Shown piece after piece: positions 39,501 through 48,363 of a DNA stretch of 64,000 nt. How positions within the stretch are numbered: position 1 is the first letter of the stretch; each line of letters starts with the position of its first letter. The notes under the pieces are model-generated. The model did no database searches. It was not told where the DNA came from and saw only the letters and a program-made list of their open reading frames with translations. Source of the DNA: Candidatus Firestoneibacteriota bacterium (GTDB lineage: Bacteria > Oederibacteriota > D2-FULL-39-29 > JBBTED01); NCBI GenBank assembly GCA_038042445.1, contig JBBTED010000018.1, positions 24,081-88,080 on the forward strand, written 5' to 3'. The translations under genes and the position numbers were made by a program.

Positions 39501-42387
39501 TTGGACATCTACACTATTAAGACATAATACTCCAAATTTAATTAAGATAAAAGTTATTGGAAGTACTGTAGTTGGGCCTTATTATTCTAATGATATAAAT
39601 GTACTTTTAGATACAACTTTACCATCTTCAATTATGGATCTTAGTGCTTCTACAGGAGCTCTTGAAGGAGAAATAAATCTAACATGGACAGCACCAGGTG
39701 ATGAGGGAAATAGTGGGACGGTTACAGGTTATCTTGTCCGATATTCAACAAGTCCGATAAATAATCAAACTGATTTTGATAATGCCACTACTTATACACA
39801 AAGTTGGTCACCTTTATCGTATGGTAATACTGAAAATCAAACTATTACTATGCCAGTAAATGGTGTTACTTATTATATTGCTATTAAAGGTTTTGATGAG
39901 GTGCCGAATTATGCTCCATCATTTAATACTACAGGCAATAGTGCAGTATCACAAATAGATAGTGTGGCACCGTCTAACATAACTAATTTAGTTGTTACTA
40001 CAGGTGCTTTGAAGAGTCAGCTTAATCTAAACTGGACATCTGTTGGTGATAATGGAAATAGCGGGACAGCAACAAGTTATATTGTCCGATATTCTACTGC
40101 TCCTATTCTAAATCAGAATGATTTTAATAATGCATCAATTTATGTTCAAAGTTGGACTCCTTTAGCAACAGGAAATGCTGAAAGTAAAGTTATTTCTGGG
40201 CTTCAATCAGGTGTTCTTTATTATGTTGCTATTGAAGCAAAAGATGAGGCTGGAAATCAAGCAGGTCTTTCTAATACAGCCAATGCTAATGCTACGACTC
40301 AGATTGATGTGGCACCACCTGCTGCTATTATAAATTTAGCTGCAACTACTGGTTTGCAACATACTCAGATAAATTTAACATGGACAGCTACAGGTGATGA
40401 CCAGGATGTAGGAACAGCATCAAGATATATTGTCCGATATTCAACAAGTGCGATAAGTAATCAAACAGATTTTAATAATGCTAATACTTATGTGCAGAAT
40501 TGGGTTCCATTATCAGCAGGTAATCTAGAAACCAAGATACTTGCAGGATTAACAGCTGGTGTTACTTACTATATTGCTATTGAAGCAGTAGATATCGAAA
40601 GTAAGCAGGGAGCTATTTCAAATACTACAGGTAATAGTGCAGTTGCTAAAAATGATATTACTGTTCCTAGCAATATTGGTGATTTAGTAGCTACTACTGG
40701 TTCAATTGAGGGAGAAATTAATTTGACATGGACGGCATCAGGTGATGATGGAAATATTGGGACAGCTACGGGATATATTGTCCGATATTCAACAAGTGCG
40801 ATAAGTAATCAAACAGATTTTAATAATGCTAATACTTATGTTCAGAGTTGGGTTCCTTTATCAGCAGGTAATGTGGAAACCAAGACACTTACAGGATTAA
40901 CACCTGGTGTTACTTACTATATTGCAATTGAAACAATAGACGAAAAACCAAATCAAGCAATTGATTTTAATAAAACTGGAAATAGTGCAATGGCTCAATT
41001 GGATGTTACCAAACCGTCTGCTATTACAAATTTATCTACTTTTATTAGTGAAAATGATGAAAAAGGAGCAATTCATCTGACATGGACAGCATCAGGTGAT
41101 GATGGAAATATTGGCACAGCTACAGGATATCTTGTTCGATATTCAACAATCGCGATAACTAATCAAACAGATTTTGATAATGCAACTACTTATCAAAATA
41201 CTTGGGTTTCTTTGCCTACAGGTCAGAAAGAAGAAAAAACTATAACTGGTTTTTTGCCGGGTGTCCAGTATTACATTGCTATTGAATCAGTAGATGATAG
41301 AGGGAATACATCTGATTTATCTAATATTGCTGAAGGGACTCCACGAATTGATTTGATTCCACCATTAGAGCCAATAGGTATAAAATGTGATTTTAATGCT
41401 TCTGGTTATTTTGTTATTAACTGGAAAGCACCAAATAGAAATGAAGATGATAGTGTTCTAAATGATTTATCTGAATATCATATTTACCGTACGGCTAATA
41501 TTGATGGTGAATATGTATTGAAAAGTTCTGTATCTAAAGATACATTGAATTGGGTAGATATGGAAGTAACAACTACTACATCTGAAACATATTATTATAT
41601 CATAAAGGCAGTAGATTATTTCGGTAATGAGAGTAAATTATCAATGCAAATAAGTAATATAAATAAAGAAATTAGTATTGCTTTTAATGATGAAATTACT
41701 TTAAAATTACCTATAGAGATGAACAAATTGATTTATGGAGAATCTAATAAATATAAAGAAGACATTCGTTTTCAGTTAAAAAAGAAAATTGATGATGGAA
41801 AAAGAGTTTTAGGTAGTTATGAAATAAAAGCGATAAAGGAAAAAAATGGTGCAGAAATTAATAATTTCACTTTTGACAAACCAATTGAAATTGCTTTTAA
41901 ATATAGAAATAATAGTAGAGCACAAATGTTCAAAGCTTCTTTTATTCAAGAGGACTTTAAACCTACGGTTTTTGTGCATAATGGAGTTGAGTGGGTGAAA
42001 TTAGGTGGAAAAGTGGATAATAATTTAGAAAAAGTTGTTATAAAAACATCTAAGTTAGGAAATTTTATGCTTAAAGCTTCTGCTTCTTTAACTGAATTTA
42101 CTATTGTTCAGATTACTCCTTCTAAAATATTTACACCAAATGGAGATGGACAGTGGGATGTAATTGAGTTCTACTTTGAAAATCCACGTGATACTTATGT
42201 TAATTCAACAAAAATTTTTGATATTACCGGAGCTGAAGTTTGCGATATGCAATTAAGCAGTACAGGTAATTCTTATGTTTGGGATGGAAAAAATAGAAAT
42301 GGAGAAATTGTTTCTAATGGAGTTTATATTTACCAGATAGAAGTTGAAGGTAAAGTTTTAAATGGCACTATAATAGTAGCAAAGTGA
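36589..42387 (+). CDS. Giant secreted surface/adhesin-like protein of about 1930 aa. In order it has a signal peptide, a G/N/T-rich beta-helix-like N-terminal region, Ig-like repeats, about 7 FN3-like ~116-aa repeats, and a C-terminal T9SS type-B-like (gliding motility-associated) sorting domain.
   Basis: The signal peptide is MSLLNFRMVNLLPIAFILLLTGQVFA. The FN3-like repeats read LTWTA.GDDGN.GTATGY.VRYSTS.I.NQTDFNNA. The C-terminus FTPNGDGQWD...WDGKNRNGEIVSNGVYIYQIEV resembles the FxPNGDGxND...WDG...GVY.Y type-B CTD signature. Confidence 0.7.
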   Translation: MSLLNFRMVNLLPIAFILLLTGQVFATSRTMSGTVYTDEGVTNIGSGKNMAISVNGGVATTFVTGANGVYSVAVNVTTNDKICVYLDNETEKATLVTIILDADLSGFNLYQNHLILRKETGGAGINNTDLSGADNGDADILYNVSGANLTVNAGVELYVWTGHTYASDGNINADAIKINGIFTNTTAGSIITCDDAGSITVNGTWTLTGGVGNLISLKSDLAGSQFDVINNGTVNLSYVDLKDCNASSSIIVTDGNDSGNNTYVIFQPAVYDGAVLTGDGAGSNSVSIDSISGVTTGVQILCFKISNPASTGNQAIKIDQFTIHLDGSSTAVITNIAEIALSGAVTSTVTTPVSNDITFGTPNVGFDGGILSVSNNTTSSDIVVKIKLKTTLTATETQFWKFNVDDDDVSESNLTSDMMGTTGVDIAGSSCALSIVATKLVWTTLPADTRIVDVSDEVVSGLVWQTQPVVKAVDANNNVDIDSVETVTLSLVGGAGTFAGTLTEGCVSGVANFVGNGIKYTVSGNNDGEGFVLRASGGALTTADTSGLSADVVATKLVWTTVPADSRRVDVSDEVVSGLAFETQPVVKPEDDDNKVDADSTQIVTLSLISGVGTFAGTLTKACVLGEANFSSNGVKYTVSGNNEGETFAIRASGGSLTAADTGLLSSDIVASQLVWTQSASHSGVPNGDIISGVVFNTQPKVETRDADNKLDTDYVSSVVLSETGAGFLSGTTSVAAVSGVVTYTGIAYNVNADQESFTLKADSGSLTQGSDTSKVADVVATKLSFTVQPQETGQAANTIVSGNVFDTQSQVEARNNSDKKDVNFIDTVTVVETGTGSLSGTSSVAAVAGVVTFTNLVYTAVVDNEMFKLSADDTPGGQEGNLTGTFESANTTANVLATKLVFDVQPSSSVVMNIDVVIHPVLKALDANNTIDVNNTDTLTISAVLSADLSPAPGILTITPSSGSNMISGSWTSTLLRHNTPNLIKIKVIGSTVVGPYYSNDINVLLDTTLPSSIMDLSASTGALEGEINLTWTAPGDEGNSGTVTGYLVRYSTSPINNQTDFDNATTYTQSWSPLSYGNTENQTITMPVNGVTYYIAIKGFDEVPNYAPSFNTTGNSAVSQIDSVAPSNITNLVVTTGALKSQLNLNWTSVGDNGNSGTATSYIVRYSTAPILNQNDFNNASIYVQSWTPLATGNAESKVISGLQSGVLYYVAIEAKDEAGNQAGLSNTANANATTQIDVAPPAAIINLAATTGLQHTQINLTWTATGDDQDVGTASRYIVRYSTSAISNQTDFNNANTYVQNWVPLSAGNLETKILAGLTAGVTYYIAIEAVDIESKQGAISNTTGNSAVAKNDITVPSNIGDLVATTGSIEGEINLTWTASGDDGNIGTATGYIVRYSTSAISNQTDFNNANTYVQSWVPLSAGNVETKTLTGLTPGVTYYIAIETIDEKPNQAIDFNKTGNSAMAQLDVTKPSAITNLSTFISENDEKGAIHLTWTASGDDGNIGTATGYLVRYSTIAITNQTDFDNATTYQNTWVSLPTGQKEEKTITGFLPGVQYYIAIESVDDRGNTSDLSNIAEGTPRIDLIPPLEPIGIKCDFNASGYFVINWKAPNRNEDDSVLNDLSEYHIYRTANIDGEYVLKSSVSKDTLNWVDMEVTTTTSETYYYIIKAVDYFGNESKLSMQISNINKEISIAFNDEITLKLPIEMNKLIYGESNKYKEDIRFQLKKKIDDGKRVLGSYEIKAIKEKNGAEINNFTFDKPIEIAFKYRNNSRAQMFKASFIQEDFKPTVFVHNGVEWVKLGGKVDNNLEKVVIKTSKLGNFMLKASASLTEFTIVQITPSKIFTPNGDGQWDVIEFYFENPRDTYVNSTKIFDITGAEVCDMQLSSTGNSYVWDGKNRNGEIVSNGVYIYQIEVEGKVLNGTIIVAK

Positions 42388-42400
42388 CGCGAAGCGTCAC
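42384..42400 (+). terminator. Hairpin GTGACGC-GAA-GCGTCAC that overlaps the stop codon of the giant gene.
   Basis: It has a perfect 7-bp stem with a GAA loop and no clear U-tract. Confidence 0.35.
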
Positions 42401-42515
42401 TTCCGCATGTAGTAAGCGGGAATCCAGTGTCTTTTATTGGTAGTAGTACGCTTAGGCGGACGAAGTATGTAGTTGCCGATTTATCGGCATATTGTTTTAG
42501 GAGGGGGATTTTAAA

Positions 42516-44396
42516 ATGTCTGATTTTAAATGGAAGTTTTCTGAACATCTGAAATTTGTGCCAAGATTATCAGGTGTAGAAAAAAACAAGATGGAAAAGA
42601 CTACTGATATACAAAATACGATTAAACAATTGAGATTGAGTGAATTGCAAATGTTATATATAGAAAAAGTAGAGGAATCACGCAAGTTAATGGATAAAAC
42701 AGAAGACTTAGTTAAGTTGATAGAAGAAAAAAATAATAACTGGAATGACAAATTAGAATCATTAAGACAAAAAGAAAGTGAAATAAGTTCTTTGTCTGAA
42801 AGGTTAGAAACAAAAGAGAAAATTGCAGATAAATTTGTTGATGAGGTGAAATCTAAAAAAGATAAATTGGAGATAAATGCAGAAGAAATAAATAGATATA
42901 ATAAAGAATTAGTATCGTTACTGGTAGAATTAAAAGGGAAACAGTATAGTAAAGAATTTGAGCAAATAGATAAACTTAATAAAGAATTGCGTCTATTAGC
43001 TGAGGAAAGAGATATAGCAGTTACGAGATGCGAAGAAAAAACACAGGAAGTTGAACGTGTTAGATGGGAGTTGCAGTCTTTAGCTATACAGTTTGAAGAG
43101 AGGGAGAAGAATTGGAATGAGAAAATTAAGATGTATGAGCCTGATAAGGAAAAGTTAGAGAAGCAGAATGCAGATAAAGGACAGCAGATAGATAGATTAA
43201 AAAAAGAATTGCAGGCATTGATAGAGGAGAGAAATATACTAAATACCAATTACGAAGAAAAAATACAGGAAGTTAAACGGCTTAAAGATGAGTTGCATTT
43301 TTTAAACATACGGTTTGAAGAGAAAGAGAATAATTGGAGTGAGAATATTAAGTTATTTAGGCAGGAGCAGGTAGAATTAAACAGGCAGAATGCAGATAAA
43401 GGACAACAAATAGATAGATTTAATAAAAAATTACAGGCATTAGCAGAAGAGAAAAATACAGTAAGTACGAAATATGAAGAAAAAGTAAAAGAAATAGATA
43501 GATTAAATAGTGAATTCAAAAAAACACTTGAAAGATTTAGGGAAAATGAAAAAGTAGGAGAAAAAAATAGTGAAGAGTTAAGGGATAAGAAAAGGGAATT
43601 AACATTAAAGGAACAAGAAATAAATCAACTTAAAGAAAAATTAAAGATATTAGAGGGAAAGAAAGATGTGGATGGGAAAATAAATGATACAAACGTTCAA
43701 GAAAAAACTAAACAAATTGAAGAAATGTTAAAAGTGGAAAGAGTAGTTATGAAAGAATTAATTTTTGGTGTTGTTCACCAAATACGTAATCCATTGGGAA
43801 TAATTAGTACAAATACTCAATTCCTTTTGAAAAAGAAAAAATATAAAAAGGGTGAAGACAAATTATTGCAAGTGATTTTTAATACTGTTGAAAGTTTTAA
43901 TAGGAAAATTGATATATTTCTTGAACTTGCCAATCCAATAGAATTGTTTACACAGGTTGTTTCTTTAAGTAAGGTTTTAGATGGGATTTTTTCAATTGTT
44001 GAAGAAAAATGTAAAATGCAAAATATTAAGTTAATAAAAGGTTATCCTGCAGACTTACCTAAAGCAGAGGTTGACGCTAATAAATTGAGTCAGGCATTGC
44101 TTAATATTTTCTCCAATTCTTTGTTTGCTACTCCTGAGGGAGGTACTATTGAAGTAAATACACATTTGGATTTTGGAAAAAAAGAAGTTGCGATTAGATT
44201 TGTAGATAATGGTAGTGGAATTTCTCAAGTGTATATTGATCAAGTAGGGATACCATTTTTTACCACAAAGAAAGACGCATTAGGATTGGGAATTTTTTCT
44301 GCAAAACGTATTATAATTTCTCATAAAGGGCATATTAAAATCGATACCAATTCTGACAAAGGAATAACTGTAACTGTATTTTTGCCATATTGTTAA
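42516..44396 (+). CDS. Cytoplasmic histidine kinase with an N-terminal coiled coil (~400 aa, internally repetitive).
   Basis: It has no TM segments. The H-box is VVHQIRNPLGIIS. The HATPase_c region has DNGSGI...GLGLGI. Confidence 0.75.
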   Translation: MSDFKWKFSEHLKFVPRLSGVEKNKMEKTTDIQNTIKQLRLSELQMLYIEKVEESRKLMDKTEDLVKLIEEKNNNWNDKLESLRQKESEISSLSERLETKEKIADKFVDEVKSKKDKLEINAEEINRYNKELVSLLVELKGKQYSKEFEQIDKLNKELRLLAEERDIAVTRCEEKTQEVERVRWELQSLAIQFEEREKNWNEKIKMYEPDKEKLEKQNADKGQQIDRLKKELQALIEERNILNTNYEEKIQEVKRLKDELHFLNIRFEEKENNWSENIKLFRQEQVELNRQNADKGQQIDRFNKKLQALAEEKNTVSTKYEEKVKEIDRLNSEFKKTLERFRENEKVGEKNSEELRDKKRELTLKEQEINQLKEKLKILEGKKDVDGKINDTNVQEKTKQIEEMLKVERVVMKELIFGVVHQIRNPLGIISTNTQFLLKKKKYKKGEDKLLQVIFNTVESFNRKIDIFLELANPIELFTQVVSLSKVLDGIFSIVEEKCKMQNIKLIKGYPADLPKAEVDANKLSQALLNIFSNSLFATPEGGTIEVNTHLDFGKKEVAIRFVDNGSGISQVYIDQVGIPFFTTKKDALGLGIFSAKRIIISHKGHIKIDTNSDKGITVTVFLPYC

Positions 44397-44443
44397 ATAA
44401 TTTATTTCTTCCCCTGATAAGGGGGAGATAGAGGGGGTTATAA

Positions 44444-45667
44444 ATGTATAATATTCTTATTATAGATGATGAACAGGAGATGATTGATGCACTTAGAAAT
44501 ATTTTAGAGCAAGATGGATATACTGTTACTGCTACAACTGATGGTGTAAGTGCATTAAAAAAAGTAGAAAACAATAATTTTGATGTTGTTTTATTAGATG
44601 TTCGCATTCCTGGTATGGATGGTATTCAGATTTTAGAACAGATTAAAAAAACAAATAAAAATCTTCCTGTTATTATGGTTACAGGCTATGGAGATACAAA
44701 AACTTCAGTACAGGCAATGAAATTAGGAGCATTTGATTATATTTCTAAGCCTTTTAATTATGAAGAATTAATTAATCTTATTGAGAAAGCTGTTCAAATG
44801 AATAAATTAGAAGGGAAATCTGGAATATATGAAAACCAATTGACAAGGAAACCTGAAGGGGCTCGGGCAATTGAAAAGGAGAAAGAGAAAAAAATAGCTC
44901 AAGAAAGTGTGCCTTATATCAAACATAATCGAATCCAGTTGAAAGTAGTATTTGCAATTTGTTTGAGCGTAATAATTTTATCACTTGGTATTTTTTATTA
45001 TTTGCAAATTTTTTCCGGCAAAACACAAATCTATTTGACTACTTGTACTAATCCTTCTGCTATAACATGTGACAAAGAATATCTTTGGATAAATGACTGG
45101 GTTACAAATATAATATATAAACATAAACTAGTTAAACAGCTTCCTGTTGTAAAAAAATATAGCTTTAACAATTTACACCTAACAGGCATAGCATTAGCAG
45201 GGAATATGATTTTTACATGCGATATTGAAAATAAGAAAATTTATAAGCATAATATTGATGATAACCTGACAATTATTGATACTTATCCTAGCCCTGGTAT
45301 TAGTCCATCAGGTATTTTCTGGGATGGGAAATATCTTTGGTCATGCGATGCTGAAAGTGATAAGATATACAAACAATATTTTGACGGTAAAAATCTTGTT
45401 GTTATTGAAACATATCCAAGTCCTTCAACACATCCTATAGGTGTTGCTTATTATAAAGAATATTTATGGTCTGCTGATGCTGATACAAATAAGATATATA
45501 AACATGAATTAGATAAAACTCTTTCAGTTGTAGACACGTATTATATACCTAAAGAAGAGGCATCTATTTCCAGTTTTACATTAATAGACGGTAAAATATG
45601 GGTTGTTACTGAAGACAATAATAAAGTATTTTCATATAGTTTATCACATATTATGAAGAATAAATAA
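44444..45667 (+). CDS. Response-regulator receiver domain fused to a single TM helix and an extracytoplasmic domain of about five ~47-aa beta-propeller-like repeats.
   Basis: The REC domain has DVVLLDVRIPGMDG. The TM is VVFAICLSVIILSLGIFYYL. The repeats have the form ...GI.WDGKYLW..D....KIYKH. Confidence 0.65.
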   Translation: MYNILIIDDEQEMIDALRNILEQDGYTVTATTDGVSALKKVENNNFDVVLLDVRIPGMDGIQILEQIKKTNKNLPVIMVTGYGDTKTSVQAMKLGAFDYISKPFNYEELINLIEKAVQMNKLEGKSGIYENQLTRKPEGARAIEKEKEKKIAQESVPYIKHNRIQLKVVFAICLSVIILSLGIFYYLQIFSGKTQIYLTTCTNPSAITCDKEYLWINDWVTNIIYKHKLVKQLPVVKKYSFNNLHLTGIALAGNMIFTCDIENKKIYKHNIDDNLTIIDTYPSPGISPSGIFWDGKYLWSCDAESDKIYKQYFDGKNLVVIETYPSPSTHPIGVAYYKEYLWSADADTNKIYKHELDKTLSVVDTYYIPKEEASISSFTLIDGKIWVVTEDNNKVFSYSLSHIMKNK

Positions 45668-45709
45668 AGGAGAATCTGTCATTGCGAGAAAGATAGAAGG
45701 GAGAATATA

Positions 45710-47191
45710 ATGATCCAGTGTCCAAAATGCAAAACAGAAAATAATGACATAGCCAAATTTTGCCAAAACTGTGGAAGAAAGCTAGGACATTCTTCATCAG
45801 GGGTTTTCTTAAAAACAGTTATTGCGATAATATTGGTTTTGGCTATAGGATTTGGGGCGTACTATTTTAATGCGTCTAAAACTTTGCCCAGTCGTGCTGA
45901 TTTAATGATTAAATCAACGGAAAAAAAATCAAAAGAAATAGAAATAATTGGGATAAAGGAGGTTTTTCAGGAACAATTTAATGAGGGAAATAAATTGTTG
46001 CGGGAAGCTAAGGAATTATATTATGCCGGTAAATATACAAAGGTATTGAAAACAGCAAAAAGAGCTAATGAAGTTATTGATAAAGTAAAATTAGGAATAA
46101 GAGATTTTGTTGATATTGAATATGGGCGATTATTTGTGGAAGGAGAAGAACAGATACAAAGTGGTAACTACGAAAAAGCACTTGAATGTTTTGAGAAAGC
46201 TATGGAATGTAGGAAAGGCGATATTCCATCTACAGGAAAAATAGAGCATTGTAAAAATAATCTTTATGAAATGTATTTTAAAAAAGGGCAGGAATATGTT
46301 CCGAATTTATTATGGGATGAGGCAATAAATGCGTATCAAATAGCGCTGAAATATAAACCTGATGACAAACAAGCAGAGGATGAATTAAAAATTGTGCAAG
46401 CAAAGAAGGAAGAAGCATATAAAATAGAGGAAGCAAAAGCAAAGGCAATAGCAGCAGCAGAGAAGAAGAAATATGAAAATATGGTATACATACCAGCAGG
46501 AGAATTTGAAATGGGAAGCAATGATTGTGTTGATGAGAAACCAGTTCATAGAGTATATCTTGACGGATACTATATAGACAAATACAAAGTAACGAATGAG
46601 CAATATGCGAAATTTTTGAATGAATGGGGAAAGACAATAGACAGGAATGGCAATGAAATGATTGACATAGAAAATAGCGCAATATCAAACGAAGGAGAAA
46701 AATTTGTTATTCAATCTGGCTATGAGAAATACCCTGTTATATATATAAGTTGGTATGGAGCCAATCAATATGCGAAGTGGTGTGGTAAAAGATTACCAAC
46801 AGAAGCAGAATGGGAGAAGGCATGTAGTGCTGGAAGTAAAACAAAATATTGTTTTGGGGATGATGAAAATAAACTTGGTGAATATGCATGGTATAAAGAT
46901 AATTCAGATGGACGGACACATCCAGTAGGAAAGAAGAAACCAAACAAATGGGGATTATATGATATGCATGGTAATGTATGGGAATGGTGTTCTGATTGGT
47001 ATGATGAAAAATATTATGAAAAGAGCCCTAAGGATAATCCTAAAGGATCTAACACGGGGACTAGTAAAGTTCTTCGTGGTGGTACGTGGGATTTCATTGC
47101 TAATGATTGTCGGTCATCTTATCGCGGCAGCGGCACGCTGGTCAGCTGGGGCGATCTTGTAGGTTTCCGTTGCGTGCGAGTAGCGAAATAA
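45710..47191 (+). CDS. Membrane-anchored protein with an N-terminal zinc ribbon, a TM helix, TPR/coiled-coil regions, and a C-terminal FGE-sulfatase (SUMF1-like) domain.
   Basis: It has CPKCKTEN...CQNCG, then a TM, then the FGE-domain blocks GSNDCVDEKPVHRVYLDGYYIDKYKVTN, HGNVWEWCSDWY and RGGTWDF...GFRCV. Only one Cys is present where the canonical FGE has a Cys pair. Confidence 0.7.
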   Translation: MIQCPKCKTENNDIAKFCQNCGRKLGHSSSGVFLKTVIAIILVLAIGFGAYYFNASKTLPSRADLMIKSTEKKSKEIEIIGIKEVFQEQFNEGNKLLREAKELYYAGKYTKVLKTAKRANEVIDKVKLGIRDFVDIEYGRLFVEGEEQIQSGNYEKALECFEKAMECRKGDIPSTGKIEHCKNNLYEMYFKKGQEYVPNLLWDEAINAYQIALKYKPDDKQAEDELKIVQAKKEEAYKIEEAKAKAIAAAEKKKYENMVYIPAGEFEMGSNDCVDEKPVHRVYLDGYYIDKYKVTNEQYAKFLNEWGKTIDRNGNEMIDIENSAISNEGEKFVIQSGYEKYPVIYISWYGANQYAKWCGKRLPTEAEWEKACSAGSKTKYCFGDDENKLGEYAWYKDNSDGRTHPVGKKKPNKWGLYDMHGNVWEWCSDWYDEKYYEKSPKDNPKGSNTGTSKVLRGGTWDFIANDCRSSYRGSGTLVSWGDLVGFRCVRVAK

Positions 47192-47267
47192 AATCTACTT
47201 TACATAAAATCATTATAAGTGCTATAATTCCTATTATTTTATTAATGTATTTAATAATTAAAAAATT

Positions 47268-48257
47268 ATGATAGAACAGAAAAAAGAAAGTACAGAAATA
47301 GATTCATGGGTAACGTATAGACCTGAAATCAAAATTTTGGATTGTACTGTTCGTGATGGCGGTTTAATTAACGACCACAAATTTGACGATAAATTTGTAA
47401 AGGCTGTTTATGATACCTGTGTTTTGGCTGGTGTAAATTATATGGAGCTTGGTTATAAGGCTTCAAAAAAAATATTTGCTCCAAATCAGTTTGGTAAGTG
47501 GAAATATTGTGATGAAGATGATATCCGTAGTATTGTTGGTGAAAATAAAACCTCACTTAAGCTTTGTGTGATGGCAGATGCAGAAAGAACAGATTATCAT
47601 GAAGATATATTGCCTAAGGAAAAAAGTGTATTTGATTGTATTCGTATAGCTACTTATATTCACCAGATTCCTACAGCTATTGATATGGTAAAAGATGCAC
47701 ATGATAAAGGTTATGAAACTGTAATGCAGCTTATGGCAATTTCTGTGGTGCAGGATAGAGAACTAAATGATGCACTTGAGGTAATAGCTAAGACACCAGT
47801 GAGTGCTATTTATCTTGTGGATAGTTTTGGAGCTTTGTATTCTGAACAAGTAAGGGATTTAATAAAAAAAATGCTGCATTATACAGAAGGAACTGGTAAA
47901 GAAGTAGGAATGCATGCTCATAATAATCAACAACTTGCTTATGCAAATACAATAGAAGCTTTAATTGTTGGAGCTACCCGGTTAGATGTTACAATTAATG
48001 GGTTAGGTCGTGGTGCGGGAAATTGTCCTATGGAATTACTTCTCGGTTTTCTTAAAAATCCGCGTTTTAATTTAAGGCCTGTGCTTGAATGTGCCCAAAA
48101 TATATTTGTTCCATTAAGTGAAAAAATAGATTGGGGATACAGTATACCATATATGATAACAGGTCAGTTAAATCAGCATCCACGTGAAGCTATAAAATTA
48201 AGGTCAAGTGATAAGAAAAATAATTATGTAGAGTTTTATGACCAGATGATTGAGTAA
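47268..48257 (+). CDS. HMGL-like / DmpG-type aldolase-family TIM-barrel protein.
   Basis: It has ILDCTVRDGG, DSFGALYSEQV, and GMHAHNNQQLAYANTIEALIVGATRLDVTINGLGRGAGNCPMELL, which match the pyruvate carboxyltransferase/HMGL fold motifs. Confidence 0.55.
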   Translation: MIEQKKESTEIDSWVTYRPEIKILDCTVRDGGLINDHKFDDKFVKAVYDTCVLAGVNYMELGYKASKKIFAPNQFGKWKYCDEDDIRSIVGENKTSLKLCVMADAERTDYHEDILPKEKSVFDCIRIATYIHQIPTAIDMVKDAHDKGYETVMQLMAISVVQDRELNDALEVIAKTPVSAIYLVDSFGALYSEQVRDLIKKMLHYTEGTGKEVGMHAHNNQQLAYANTIEALIVGATRLDVTINGLGRGAGNCPMELLLGFLKNPRFNLRPVLECAQNIFVPLSEKIDWGYSIPYMITGQLNQHPREAIKLRSSDKKNNYVEFYDQMIE

Positions 48258-48267
48258 TATTAAATGT

Positions 48268-48343
48268 GGGGCTGTAGCGTAGTTGGGAGCGCGTCTCCTC
48301 GGCAGGGAGAAGGTCACGGGTTCAAATCCCGTCAGCTCCACCA
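48268..48343 (+). tRNA. tRNA-Ala (anticodon GGC).
   Basis: The sequence folds into a cloverleaf by hand. It has a G3:U70 pair, A73 and an encoded CCA. The anticodon loop is TCGGCAG, with an unusual C33. Confidence 0.7.
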
Positions 48344-48363
48344 AAAACAATCAAAATTTTTAT

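Noticed and set aside
42497-43519. 250-aa and 89-aa minus-strand ORFs antisense to the coiled-coil histidine kinase.
   Set aside because: They are S/L/F/N-rich low-complexity antisense translations of a purine-rich coiled-coil coding region. The sense-strand kinase has clear H-box and ATPase motifs.
46278-46947. Several 60-136-aa minus-strand ORFs inside the FGE-domain gene, and a 67-aa plus-strand ORF at 46959.
   Set aside because: They are antisense to, or out of frame with, a CDS that has clear TPR and FGE motifs. Their compositions are L/H/C/F-rich and typical of spurious AT-rich frames.
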